From Mycolicibacterium smegmatis (GTDB taxonomy: Bacteria; Actinomycetota; Actinomycetes; Mycobacteriales; Mycobacteriaceae), in NCBI RefSeq assembly GCF_001457595.1, contig NZ_LN831039.1:5460001-5492000 (forward strand): a DNA stretch of 32,000 nt. The letters run 5' to 3'. A program made the position numbers and the translations under genes. Shown here in pieces: positions 9,391-18,579 of this stretch (position 1 is the first letter of the stretch; every line of letters starts with the position of its first letter). The notes beneath the pieces were generated by a model. That model saw nothing but the letters and a program-made list of their open reading frames with translations, did not search any database and had not been told where the DNA came from.

Positions 9391-10770
9391 TCAGACGCCC
9401 TGCCGCGCGTCGCGCCATGCTCCGTAGCCGCCCAGGATGTCGCTGACATCGGCGAAACCGTTGCGCCGCAACACACTTGCGGCCACCGAGGAGCGGTAGC
9501 CACCCGCGCAGTACACGACGGTCGGCTTGGCCGGGTCGAGCTCGCCGAGCCGGGCCGGCAGCTGACCCACCGGAATGGTGATCGCGTGGGGAATGGCCCC
9601 ATCGGCGACCTCGCCCGGGTTTCGCACGTCGACGATCTGCAGGTCGGCGACCTCTGCGGTGCGTTGGTCGAAGGCCGTCGCGGTGAGCCGTGACGCCATC
9701 TGGACATCGTCGGGGTGCGCCAGCATCGCCTCGAACGGCCGGTCCAGGTGGCCGATCACGCGATCGAATCCGATGCGAGCCAGCCGGTTCTTGGCCTCCA
9801 ACTCCTCGCCGGGCTCGGTGAACAGCACGATGTCGACGTCGGCGGGCACGACCGACCCGGCGAACTCCGCATACCGCCCCTGCAGACCGATGTTGATCGC
9901 CTGGCGCAGATGGCCGGTGGCGAATTCCTCCGGGCTGCGTCCGTCGACCAGTATCGCGCCGTCGCGCAGTGCTTGGTTGACCTGCTCGTAGCTCATCGCC
10001 GCGGGTATCTCGGTCTCGTCGAGCAGGTCGCGGTCCTTGCGGTTGAGGATGGCGTCGTAGACGAAGTAGCTCGGCGCCGCCGGCTGCCCGGCCGTCACCA
10101 GGGCCATGAAGGTGGCCAGATCAGGAGCCCGCAGGGCGTAGTTGGTCTGCTTCTGCTCCCCGATGGTCGACCACCGCTCGGTGGACAGGTTCTTGCCGCA
10201 GGCCGACCCGGCCCCGTGCGCGGGGTAGACGCGCGTGGCGTCGGGCAGCGTCATCAGCTTGTTGTGCAGTGAGTCGTACAGCTTTTCGGCCAGTTCCTCT
10301 CGGGTGAAGCCGATCGAGGCCAGTAGATCCGGCCTGCCGACGTCGCCGATGAACAGGGCATCACCGGTGAGCACGCCGTAGGGAACGTCGTCGTTGGAGT
10401 GCTCGTAGACGACGACGCTCATCGATTCCGGTGTATGCCCCGGGGTGTGGCGAAACTCCAACGTCACTTCACCCAGCGAGTAACGCTCGCCGTCGCCGAC
10501 GCCCATCGACTCGAACTCGGTCTCGGCGACCGAGGAGTACACAATCTTGGCGCCGGTGGCCTTGGCCAGCTCCAGGTGGCCGGACAGGAAGTCGGCGTGG
10601 AAGTGGGTCTCTATGACGAGTTCGATCGTGTAACCGAACTCCTCGGCGTCGGCCAGGTACCCGGCGACGTCGCGTTGTGGATCGACAACCACTGCACGAC
10701 CGGTGGTTTCGTCAGCGATCAGATACGACGCGTGGGACAGACAGTCCAGGTAGTACTGCGTGAACTTCAC
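9391..10770 (-). CDS. MBL-fold persulfide dioxygenase fused to two rhodanese domains (CstB-like architecture)
   Basis: ETHFHADFLSGH, HTPGHTPESMS, LTGDALFIGDVGRPDL and YPAHGAGSACG, followed by a rhodanese domain without an active-site Cys and a second one with CAGGYRS. Start GTG at 10770 (VKFTQYYLDCLSHASYL) is preferred over the ORF-track start at 10887, which runs through the operator region. Confidence 0.88.
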   Translation of the reverse strand: MKFTQYYLDCLSHASYLIADETTGRAVVVDPQRDVAGYLADAEEFGYTIELVIETHFHADFLSGHLELAKATGAKIVYSSVAETEFESMGVGDGERYSLGEVTLEFRHTPGHTPESMSVVVYEHSNDDVPYGVLTGDALFIGDVGRPDLLASIGFTREELAEKLYDSLHNKLMTLPDATRVYPAHGAGSACGKNLSTERWSTIGEQKQTNYALRAPDLATFMALVTAGQPAAPSYFVYDAILNRKDRDLLDETEIPAAMSYEQVNQALRDGAILVDGRSPEEFATGHLRQAINIGLQGRYAEFAGSVVPADVDIVLFTEPGEELEAKNRLARIGFDRVIGHLDRPFEAMLAHPDDVQMASRLTATAFDQRTAEVADLQIVDVRNPGEVADGAIPHAITIPVGQLPARLGELDPAKPTVVYCAGGYRSSVAASVLRRNGFADVSDILGGYGAWRDARQGV

Positions 10771-10811
10771 TTCCAGAATCCATTCATTCGATGCCTGCGA
10801 GGAACCAGTGG

Positions 10812-10883
10812 ATACCCCTATGGGTATGACAAGTACCCTAGGGGGTATACATATTCCCGTCAAACAAATACCCCTGGGTGTAT
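10812..10883. promoter_or_regulatory. three CsoR/CstR-type operator-like palindromes in a divergent promoter region
   Basis: ATACCC-CTAT-GGGTAT (10812-10827), TACCC-TAGG-GGGTA (10834-10847) and ATACCC-CTGG-GTGTAT (10868-10883). Confidence 0.7.
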
Positions 10884-10916
10884 CCACATCCGCACCTCAA
10901 ATCGAAGGAATTGCTC

Positions 10917-11504
10917 ATGCTCTCCCCTGGCGTCGTCACCGCAACCCACCTCGATGCCCAGCTCAAATCGGCAACCTCGACCCGGATCCTCGATGTGCGC
11001 ACCCCAGCTGAATTCGAGACCAACCACATCGCCGGGTCGTACAACGTGCCGCTGGACCTGCTGCGCGAGCACCGCGACGAGATCGTCGAACACCTCGACA
11101 CAGACGTCGTCGTGGTGTGCCGCTCCGGGCAACGGGCCACCCAGGCCGGGGAAACACTGCGCAACGCCGGCCTGACCAACGTGCGCGTCCTCGAAGGTGG
11201 CATCACCGCGTGGGAAGCCGCGGGTTTCGCGGTCGATCGCGGCGCCCAACGCTGGGACCTGGAGCGCCAGGTGCGCCTGGTGGCCGGTTCGATCGTACTG
11301 ACGGGAGTACTGGCGAGTGTCGCGGTTCCCGCGGCCAAGTGGGTGGCCGCCGCGGTGGGCAGCGGACTCGCCATCGCCGCGCTGACGAACACCTGCGCGA
11401 TGGGTATGGCCTTGGCCAAGCTGCCGTACAACCGCGGCACCGCCTGCGATGCGGCGAGCATCCTCGCGCAACTCGCCGGCCTGAAGAACCGGAAAGCCGC
11501 CTGA
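10917..11504 (+). CDS. rhodanese domain protein with C-terminal DUF2892/YgaP-like membrane segment
   Basis: ILDVRTPAEFETNHIAGSYNVPLD, active site VVVCRSGQRATQA, then the hydrophobic segment VRLVAGSIVLTGVLASVAVPAAKWVAAAVGSGLAIAALTN. Start ATG at 10917 with upstream GAAGGA. Confidence 0.85.
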   Translation: MLSPGVVTATHLDAQLKSATSTRILDVRTPAEFETNHIAGSYNVPLDLLREHRDEIVEHLDTDVVVVCRSGQRATQAGETLRNAGLTNVRVLEGGITAWEAAGFAVDRGAQRWDLERQVRLVAGSIVLTGVLASVAVPAAKWVAAAVGSGLAIAALTNTCAMGMALAKLPYNRGTACDAASILAQLAGLKNRKAA

Positions 11505-11510
11505 TCCAAC

Positions 11511-12383
11511 ATGATTGCGCTCACAATCGTTCTCGCGGTGTTCGTCGGCATCACCCTCGGGATGCTCGGAGGCGGCGGGTCGATTCTCACGGTGCCCTTG
11601 CTCGCCTACGTCGCGGGCATGGATGCCAAGCAGGCGGTCACCACCTCACTGCTGGTCGTCGGTGTCACCAGCGCCGTGAGCGCGGTGTCACACGCTCGCG
11701 CGGGCCGGGTGCAGTGGCGCGCCGGCCTGAGCTTCGGAGCGGCCGGGATGGCGGGTGCATACGCCGGCGGCGTTCTGGGCCGGTTCATTCCCGGGACCGC
11801 GCTGCTCATCGCGTTCGCGGTCGTGATGGTGGCCGCCGCCATCCCCATGTTGCGCGGCCGCAGGGCTCCGGAAGCCACGACGGCGCACGGCCTGCCGGTT
11901 GTCCGGGTCGTCTCGCTCGGTCTGGCCGTCGGTGGACTCACCGGCATGATCGGCGCCGGCGGCGGCTTCCTGGTGGTGCCCGCTTTGACTTTGTTGGGCG
12001 GACTGCCGATGCCGGCCGCGGTCGGCACGTCACTGATTGTCATCGCGCTCAACTCGTTCTCCGGCCTCGCGGGACATCTGACCGGCCTTCAGATCGACTG
12101 GGCACTGGCCGCCGCCGTGACAAGCGCGGCTGTGGCCGGCTGTTTGATCGGCACCCGGCTGACCACAAAGATCAACGCCGACGCGCTGCGAAAAGCGTTC
12201 GGCTGGTTCGTGTTGGCGATGTCGTCGGTGATCCTGGCACAGGAGATCCACCCATTCGTCGGCTTGGCCGCGGCGAGCCTCACCGTGATCGCCGCGTCCA
12301 TGACAATGGTGTGCGCCCGGTTCAGCCGCTGCCCGCTGCGCCGCGTCACCCGGCTGTTCATGGCCAGACCGGCAGTGGCATGA
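11511..12383 (+). CDS. TauE/SafE family sulfite exporter-like permease
   Basis: 290 aa polytopic membrane protein with MLGGGGSILTVPLLAYVAGMDAKQAVTTSLLVVGVTS and GMIGAGGGFLVVPALTLLGGLPMPAAVGTSL repeats. Confidence 0.88.
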   Translation: MIALTIVLAVFVGITLGMLGGGGSILTVPLLAYVAGMDAKQAVTTSLLVVGVTSAVSAVSHARAGRVQWRAGLSFGAAGMAGAYAGGVLGRFIPGTALLIAFAVVMVAAAIPMLRGRRAPEATTAHGLPVVRVVSLGLAVGGLTGMIGAGGGFLVVPALTLLGGLPMPAAVGTSLIVIALNSFSGLAGHLTGLQIDWALAAAVTSAAVAGCLIGTRLTTKINADALRKAFGWFVLAMSSVILAQEIHPFVGLAAASLTVIAASMTMVCARFSRCPLRRVTRLFMARPAVA

Positions 12384-12716
<333 letters not shown>

Positions 12717-12733
12717 GGGATCAGGAGGGCGAC

Positions 12734-13132
12734 ATGGGTTACGCATTGTCGACGACGTTGCACACGTCGTTCGAAGACGCCGTGGAGCGCACGCGCGCGG
12801 CGCTGGCCGATCAGGGGTTCGGTGTGCTCACCGAGATCGACATGAGGTTCACGCTGAAGGCCAAGCTGGGCGAGGAAATCGAGGACTACACGATCCTCGG
12901 TGCCTGCAACCCGCCACTGGCGCACCGTGCGGTCACCGCCGACCGTCAGATCGGCCTCCTGCTGCCGTGCAACGTCGCGGTGCGCCGAGACCCCGAGAAT
13001 GCCGACACGATCATCGTCGACGCCATGGATCCGCAAGTGATGGTGCAGGTCTCGGACGCTCCCGATCTGCGCGAGGTGGCCGACGACGCCGCGGAGAAAC
13101 TGCGCAAGGCCATCTCGTCGCTGCAGGCGTAG
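12734..13132 (+). CDS. DUF302 domain protein
   Basis: MGYALSTTLHTSFEDAVERTRAALADQGFGVLTEIDMRFTLKAKLGEEIEDYTILGACNPPLAHRAV...IGLLLPCNVAVRR. Confidence 0.85.
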   Translation: MGYALSTTLHTSFEDAVERTRAALADQGFGVLTEIDMRFTLKAKLGEEIEDYTILGACNPPLAHRAVTADRQIGLLLPCNVAVRRDPENADTIIVDAMDPQVMVQVSDAPDLREVADDAAEKLRKAISSLQA

Positions 13133-13171
13133 TTACTCCTCGAAACCACGCGTTGCTCCCCGACCACGAAG

Positions 13172-13732
13172 CTAGATCCCCGCAGCGGTTAGCAGCGCAG
13201 CCGCTGTGTTCTTCGTCGACTCGGGATAGTGGCCGTACATGAGCGCATAGTCGGCGGCGCCGGTGTGCAGAACGGTCAGCTGTTCGGCAAGCTCAGATGC
13301 GGCCGCCTCGGACACTCCTGCGAGCGCGGCTTGACGGAGGAAGAACTGTGTCAACCGCGCCTTGTGATTCGCAGCCATCTGCACTGCTTGATGGGTGGGA
13401 TCGCGGAACTCCGTGGCGATGTTGACAAAGAAGCACCCAGAGAAGTCCGGTTCCGCGCAGTACTTCGCCTGCCGGTCGAAGACGTCGAGCATCCGCTCGC
13501 GCGGCGTCGCGCCGTCGCTTTCGTCGGGGAGGTTGCCGATCGCCATCTCCTCGCAGCTGTCCAGCACAGCAAGCAGCAAATCATCTTTGGAATCGAAGTA
13601 CTTGTACAGCGTTCGCTTCGACATCCCGATCGAGCTGGTCAAGCGGTCAATTCCAACTGCGCCGAAGCCTTCTCGATGAAACAGCTCGACCGCCGCCTCG
13701 ATCGCCCGCTGCCGTACATCTCCTGCTGCCAT
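13172..13732 (-). CDS. TetR/AcrR family transcriptional regulator
   Basis: RQRAIEAAVELFHREGFGAVGIDRLTSSIGMSKRTLYKYFDSKDDLLLAVL N-terminal HTH; 186 aa. Confidence 0.9.
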   Translation of the reverse strand: MAAGDVRQRAIEAAVELFHREGFGAVGIDRLTSSIGMSKRTLYKYFDSKDDLLLAVLDSCEEMAIGNLPDESDGATPRERMLDVFDRQAKYCAEPDFSGCFFVNIATEFRDPTHQAVQMAANHKARLTQFFLRQAALAGVSEAAASELAEQLTVLHTGAADYALMYGHYPESTKNTAAALLTAAGI

Positions 13733-13794
13733 GCCCCTTGCCTTCCCCGCTCACGTCATGTCCCAGCCGGACTGACATCCGAATGGTAACACGA

Positions 13795-13814
13795 GGGAAA
13801 ACGTTCTGTTTCCC
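13795..13814. promoter_or_regulatory. candidate TetR operator upstream of tetR
   Basis: GGGAAAACGTTCTGTTTCCC, within the inverted repeat GAGGGAAA...TTTCCCTC (13793-13816). Matches the site at 15721-15740. Confidence 0.6.
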
Positions 13815-13842
13815 TCGATCGGGCACCGCACGATGCGGCCCG

Positions 13843-14420
13843 CTACGGCAGCTGTGTAACCAAAGTGGTGGCGACGTCGACAGGGTTGGCCAGAGTGTCA
13901 CGAATTGGCGAACGCTCCTGCACCGCGTCGGTGAGATCGTGCAGTTGCTCGACGCTGGCGGTGGGCGAGCTGACATGCACCCGTACCCGAATCTGTTTTG
14001 CGCCCGGTCGCACTGAATCATCGAGATCTAGAAAGCCACGCAGGTCAAAATCGACCTCCAACTCCAGCCTGAGGGACGACAGTTGAACTCCCCACACCGC
14101 GGGTGTTCGTCGCAAAAGTGACTGCGTAGCAGCCGGCCAACGCCTGCAGCACGTACTCCGCTGGGTTGGCAGCCAGGTCGGTTCCGAGCAACACGCAACA
14201 CCGCCGGCTCATCGGATTCCAGGATGTAGCGCGTCTTGCGCCCGGCGACGACCGCCCCGTTCTGCCGCAGCTCGCCCGTCTGCGCGCGCTGATGGCAGCC
14301 CGACAGCCAGTTCGACCCCAGCGTGAAGCTCAGATGAGCCAGAGCCGGATTGTCCTTCACGGCATTTTGTGTCGTCAAGAGCGCCCTTCGGTCAATTCCG
14401 TTGATCATCGCGTGCATCAC
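13843..14420 (-). pseudogene. OsmC family peroxiredoxin gene, frameshifted
   Basis: Three minus-strand frames join into a full OsmC: ...GSNWLSGCHQRAQTGEL...ESDEPAVL | LGTDLAANPAEYVLQALAGCYAVTFATNTRGV | VQLSSLRLELEVDFDLRGFLDLDDSVRPGAKQIRVRV...PVDVATTLVTQLP. The first break coincides with a 7-bp tandem duplication (GCAACACx2, 14188-14201). The second is a +1 shift near 14105-14115. Confidence 0.82.
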
Positions 14421-15523
14421 CGTCCCGCGGTCGGGTAATCGGTGTAACCCTTGGCGTATCCGGCGACGTCGGAGCCGTAGACGGTGTCGAAGTCCACATC
14501 AGCCAGTGGTAGGTCTTCGAAGAGACGCGTCGGCAGATCAGGGTTGGCGATGAACGGGCGGCCGAACGCGACCGCATCGACGAAGCCCTCCGCAATCATC
14601 TCTTCCGCCTTGGCGACTCCATAGTTTCCAGCTCCGATGATGATGCCGGAGAATGCTTTTCGAAGAGCGGATCGGAACTCGTTGTCGAGCGCGGGACCTT
14701 CGGCCCAGTCCGGTTCACACAGGTGCAGGTAGCCGACACCGCGCTCCTGCAGCGCAGCAGCCATGTACAGGCCCATGTCCATACCGTCGGCGTCATCGAG
14801 TCCGCCGAATTTGATCATGGGTGACAGTCGAATTCCGACATGGTCGGAGTCCCACTCGTCGATGAGTGCGTCGACCACTTCAAGCGGCAGCCGTGCCCGG
14901 TTACTCAGCGAGCTGCCGTACTCGTCGGTTCGCCGATTGGAGCTGACCGACATGAACTGTTGCAGGAGATATCCGTTCGCGGCGTGGATCTCGACCATGT
15001 CAAAGCCGGCCTCCCGCGCGTTGCGGGTTGCGCGCCGGTAATCCTCGACTATCCGCGCAATCTCATTGATCTCCAGCGCCCTCGGCGTCGGGCAACCCAC
15101 GGAGTAACGTTCGCCGTTCGCACGCTTCAGAGTGACCGTGCCGTCGAAAGCTATCGCGCTAGCGGAGACACCCGGCTTGCCACCATGCAGAGACTCGTGT
15201 GTCAGGCGGCCAACGTGCCATAGCTGTATCGCTATGCGGCCGCCCGCAGCATGCACGGCATCGGTGATCTTGCGCCAGCCATCAATCTGACCGTCACTGT
15301 AGATACCGGGGGTATCCGCGTAGCCCTTGCCTTCTGGCGAGATCTGGGCCCCTTCGGTCACAATGAGTCCAGCCCCAGCGCGCTGCGAGTAGTACTCCAC
15401 CATCAGGTCAGTGGGCACATCACCGGGCTGCCCTGCCCGCATCCTGGTCATTGGAGCCATGAAAACCCGGTTCGGCGCCAGAAAGGCAGGCAGCTCGAGC
15501 GACTTGGAGATAAGTTTGGTCAC
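14417..15523 (-). CDS. alkene reductase, Old Yellow Enzyme family (NemA-like)
   Basis: APMTRMRAGQPGDVPTDLMVEYYSQRAGAGLIVTEG, QLWHVGRLTH, GFDMVEIHAANGYLLQQFMS and AFGRPFIANPDLPTRL. The 735-aa ORF is over-extended; the start at 15523 (GTG) has upstream GAGAGGGA. Confidence 0.88.
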   Translation of the reverse strand: MTKLISKSLELPAFLAPNRVFMAPMTRMRAGQPGDVPTDLMVEYYSQRAGAGLIVTEGAQISPEGKGYADTPGIYSDGQIDGWRKITDAVHAAGGRIAIQLWHVGRLTHESLHGGKPGVSASAIAFDGTVTLKRANGERYSVGCPTPRALEINEIARIVEDYRRATRNAREAGFDMVEIHAANGYLLQQFMSVSSNRRTDEYGSSLSNRARLPLEVVDALIDEWDSDHVGIRLSPMIKFGGLDDADGMDMGLYMAAALQERGVGYLHLCEPDWAEGPALDNEFRSALRKAFSGIIIGAGNYGVAKAEEMIAEGFVDAVAFGRPFIANPDLPTRLFEDLPLADVDFDTVYGSDVAGYAKGYTDYPTAGR

Positions 15524-15679
15524 GTCTTCCCTCTCACGATAGTTCACCGTCGCCACATTTTCGGACACCGCAGCCACGCCTCGCCGAGACCACAAGGTAC
15601 TGAGCGCAACGGGTGAGTCGACTGGAGTGACTCCGAAAAGCATTGCACGGCTTTGACACCCGTCACATGGCAACGGGTG

Positions 15680-15700
15680 GAGCTTGCCTCGTGCAAGCTC
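15680..15700. other. perfect 8-bp hairpin (GAGCTTGC-CTCGT-GCAAGCTC)
   Basis: Read directly; it lies in the intergenic region upstream of the OYE gene, next to the TetR-like palindrome. Confidence 0.5.
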
Positions 15701-15720
15701 AGACGCCAGCGTAGCACACC

Positions 15721-15740
15721 GGGAAACAAATCTGTTTCCC
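15721..15740. promoter_or_regulatory. candidate TetR operator upstream of the OYE-osmC unit
   Basis: GGGAAACA-AATC-TGTTTCCC, perfect 8-bp arms; near-identical to 13795-13814. Confidence 0.65.
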
Positions 15741-15783
15741 CTTGGCGAAGCAGCGCGGGATACCGGTATACGAGTCGCAGAGG

Positions 15784-16525
15784 TCAGACCGCCGGCGACG
15801 CCGACACCACCACCGACGGACGCGGGAACCGCAGCGTCGCACACGCGTCGTCGAGTGTCCCGTCGACGGCCGCGGCAACCTCGGACAGCTCCCCCGCCCC
15901 GGCTCCGAACGTCAGGTGACGCCCCCCCGAGCGCGATGCGGGTGAGCATGACGCCGTGGTCACGACGGATGCGGCTCATCTCGGCCAGCATCACCGCGAC
16001 GGCCGACGGGTAGCTCACGCTGTGATGCGCGGCATGGTCGACGTCGCCGTACATCCCGACCACGTCGACCGTCGCGCAGTCGAACACTGTCCTGGTGAGC
16101 CTGCGGCGCAGCGACCCCAACAGCACGGCTTGCCGACGACGGGTCACGGCCAGCACGTCGACATGGTCGGCGCGAGACACCACCACCCGCCCGACGCGTA
16201 GACCGACCGAGCAGAACACCAACTCGTCGGCCGACAGACCCTCGGCGTGCGCGGTCACGCGCGACGGATGCACACCAGCGGACCGTGCGATCGCCAGTTC
16301 GTGCCCGTCGCGCACCTCGACGGCGACACTGCGGTCACGCACCCAGCGCGCAACCGCCTTGTCGCGCAGCGCGTTCGCGGGCAGCGCCAACTCCACCACC
16401 CCGAGGCGCCGGCGCCCGGCCGAGTAGGTGCGTCGGGTGTCGGCAGGCGCGGCGGCCCGCGGAGCAAGCAGGGACATGAGCTTCGTCGAGTGGGTCACCC
16501 CTCGAACATCCATCAACCGAGCCAT
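15784..16525 (-). pseudogene. divergent LysA/Orn-DAP decarboxylase-like barrel fragment, frameshifted at a G7 tract
   Basis: AVARWVRDRSVAVEVRDGHELAIARSAGVHPSRVTAHAEGLSADEL...VFDCATVDVVGMYGDV...AVAVMLAEMSRIRRDHGVMLTRIALGG resembles the decarboxylase N-terminal barrel. After the C7 run (15922-15928 on +), the frame must change to continue RHLTFGAGAGELSEVAAAVDGTLDDACATLRFPRPSVVVSASPAV*. Confidence 0.5.
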
Positions 16526-16742
16526 GACGACGAGTGTCCTGGCGGAGTCTTGGCCGCTGCTGTACAAACCTTGACGCCGCACTGACAGTCCGTCGGGAAC
16601 CGCCTGTGCGCCGGCTTCGAACAAACGGTGTCAAATACGGCCGCCGCACCGTAAAGAAACCATCAAGGCCGCGTTCGCGGTCCTGAACTGGGCAGATCCT
16701 TGATCAGCCCGTCGAGATCCGGCGGGCGTAAAAGGAGACAAC

Positions 16743-16826
16743 ATGTCCGTGTTGGTCTACCTGGCGCTGACGGTGGCGATCTTCGCGCTGCTCGGCCTGG
16801 TGCAGAGGCTGGTCGAGCGCCAGTGA
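16743..16826 (+). CDS. 27-aa single-TM micro-ORF preceding kdpF
   Basis: [39 protein letters not shown] just upstream; its TGA overlaps the kdpF GTG. Confidence 0.65.
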   Translation: MSVLVYLALTVAIFALLGLVQRLVERQ

Positions 16827-16909
16827 TCGAAAACGTCGTCGGGCTGATCCTCGCGGTGCTCATCGCCGTGTTCATCGGCGCCGCACTGCTCTTCCCGGAG
16901 AGGTTCTAG
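16823..16909 (+). CDS. kdpF: KdpF small subunit
   Basis: [28 protein letters not shown] with the conserved C-terminal PERF, immediately upstream of kdpA. Confidence 0.85.
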   Translation: MIENVVGLILAVLIAVFIGAALLFPERF

Positions 16910-18579
16910 TGTCCCCCACCACCGCGGGGATCGCGTTCCTCGCCTCGCTGGTCGCTGCCGTCGTGCTGGTCCATGTTCCGCTGGGCGACTACATGTACCG
17001 CGTCTACACCTCCGAAAAGGATTCGCGCGCCGAACGTTTGATCTACCGGGTGATCGGTGCCGACCCACGCGCCGAGCAGAGCTGGGGCTCCTATGCCCGC
17101 AGTGTGCTGGCGTTCTCGGCCGTGAGCATCGTGATCCTGTTCGGTCTCCAGCTGGTCCAGGGCCGTCTGCCGCTGCACCTGCACGACCCGGCCACCCCGA
17201 TGACCCCCGCGCTGGCCTGGAACACCGCGGTCAGCTTCGTCACCAACACCAACTGGCAGGCCTACGCCGGCGAGTCGACGCAGGGACACCTGGTCCAGAT
17301 GGCGGGTCTGGTGGTACAGAACTTCGTCTCGGCCGCGGTGGGCATGGCCGTGGCGATCGCGCTGGTCCGCGGGTTCGCGCGCCGCCACACCGGCGAACTC
17401 GGCAACTTCTGGGTGGACCTGGTGCGCGGCAATCTGCGCATCCTGCTGCCCCTCGCGATCGTCGGCGCCCTTCTGTTGGTCGCCGGCGGTGCGATCCAGA
17501 ACTTCGCGCTGCACGAGCAGGTGGTGACGACGCTGAGCGGCGCGGCGCAGACCATCCCCGGCGGTCCGGTCGCCGGCCAGGAGGCCATCAAAGAACTGGG
17601 CACCAACGGCGGCGGCTTCTTCAACGTCAACTCGGCGCACCCGTTCGAGAACCCGACACCGTGGACCAATTGGCTGGAGAACTTCCTGATACTGCTCATC
17701 CCGTTCTCGCTGCCGCGCACGTTCGGCCGCATGGTCGGCAGCGCCCGGCAGGGCGTGGCGATCGCGGCGATCATGGGCGCGATCGCCCTGGCCAGCGTGA
17801 GCTTGACGATGCTGCTCCAGCTGCAGCACCACGGCACCGTCCCGACTGCGGTCGGCGCGGCCATGGAGGGGGTCGAGCAGCGCTTCGGGGTCGCGGATTC
17901 GGCGGTGTTCGCGGGTTCGACGACCCTGACGTCGACGGGTGCGGTGAACTCGTTCCACGACTCCTACACGAGCCTCGGCGGACTGATGACGATGTTCAAC
18001 ATGCAGCTCGGCGAGATCGCCCCGGGCGGTGTGGGTTCGGGCTTGTACGGCATGTTGATCCTGGCGATCATCACCGTGTTCGTCGCGGGACTGATGGTCG
18101 GGCGTACCCCGGAGTATCTCGGTAAAAAGATCACACCACGTGAGATCAAGCTCGCTGCAAGCTATTTCCTGGTAACCCCGCTGATCGTGCTGACCGGCAG
18201 CGCCATCGCCATGGCGATGCCCGGACAACGCGCCGGCATGCTCAACACCGGACCGCACGGCCTGTCGGAAGTGCTCTACGCCTTCACGTCGACCGCCAAC
18301 AACAACGGCTCGGCCTTCGCCGGTATCAGCGTCAACACCGAGTGGTACAACACCGCGCTGGGCCTGGCGATGGTGTTCGGCCGCTTCCTGCCCATCATCC
18401 TGGTGCTGGCCTTGGCCGGATCCCTTGCCAGCCAGGGTGTCACGCCCAGCTCGGTCGGCACCCTGCCCACCCATCGGCCGCAGTTCGTCGGCATGACGGT
18501 GGGCGTCACCCTCATCCTCGTCGCCCTGACGTTCCTGCCCATATTGGCACTCGGGCCGCTCGCCGAAGGAATTCACTGA
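16909..18579 (+). CDS. kdpA: potassium-transporting ATPase subunit KdpA
   Basis: [55 protein letters not shown] start overlaps the kdpF TAG. Confidence 0.97.
   Translation: MSPTTAGIAFLASLVAAVVLVHVPLGDYMYRVYTSEKDSRAERLIYRVIGADPRAEQSWGSYARSVLAFSAVSIVILFGLQLVQGRLPLHLHDPATPMTPALAWNTAVSFVTNTNWQAYAGESTQGHLVQMAGLVVQNFVSAAVGMAVAIALVRGFARRHTGELGNFWVDLVRGNLRILLPLAIVGALLLVAGGAIQNFALHEQVVTTLSGAAQTIPGGPVAGQEAIKELGTNGGGFFNVNSAHPFENPTPWTNWLENFLILLIPFSLPRTFGRMVGSARQGVAIAAIMGAIALASVSLTMLLQLQHHGTVPTAVGAAMEGVEQRFGVADSAVFAGSTTLTSTGAVNSFHDSYTSLGGLMTMFNMQLGEIAPGGVGSGLYGMLILAIITVFVAGLMVGRTPEYLGKKITPREIKLAASYFLVTPLIVLTGSAIAMAMPGQRAGMLNTGPHGLSEVLYAFTSTANNNGSAFAGISVNTEWYNTALGLAMVFGRFLPIILVLALAGSLASQGVTPSSVGTLPTHRPQFVGMTVGVTLILVALTFLPILALGPLAEGIH

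Noticed and set aside
15760-15769. ATACCGGTAT 10-bp palindrome as another CsoR/CstR-like site
   Set aside because: Lacks the TACCC-N4-GGGTA spacing and lies in an unrelated context; short palindromes of this size are expected by chance.
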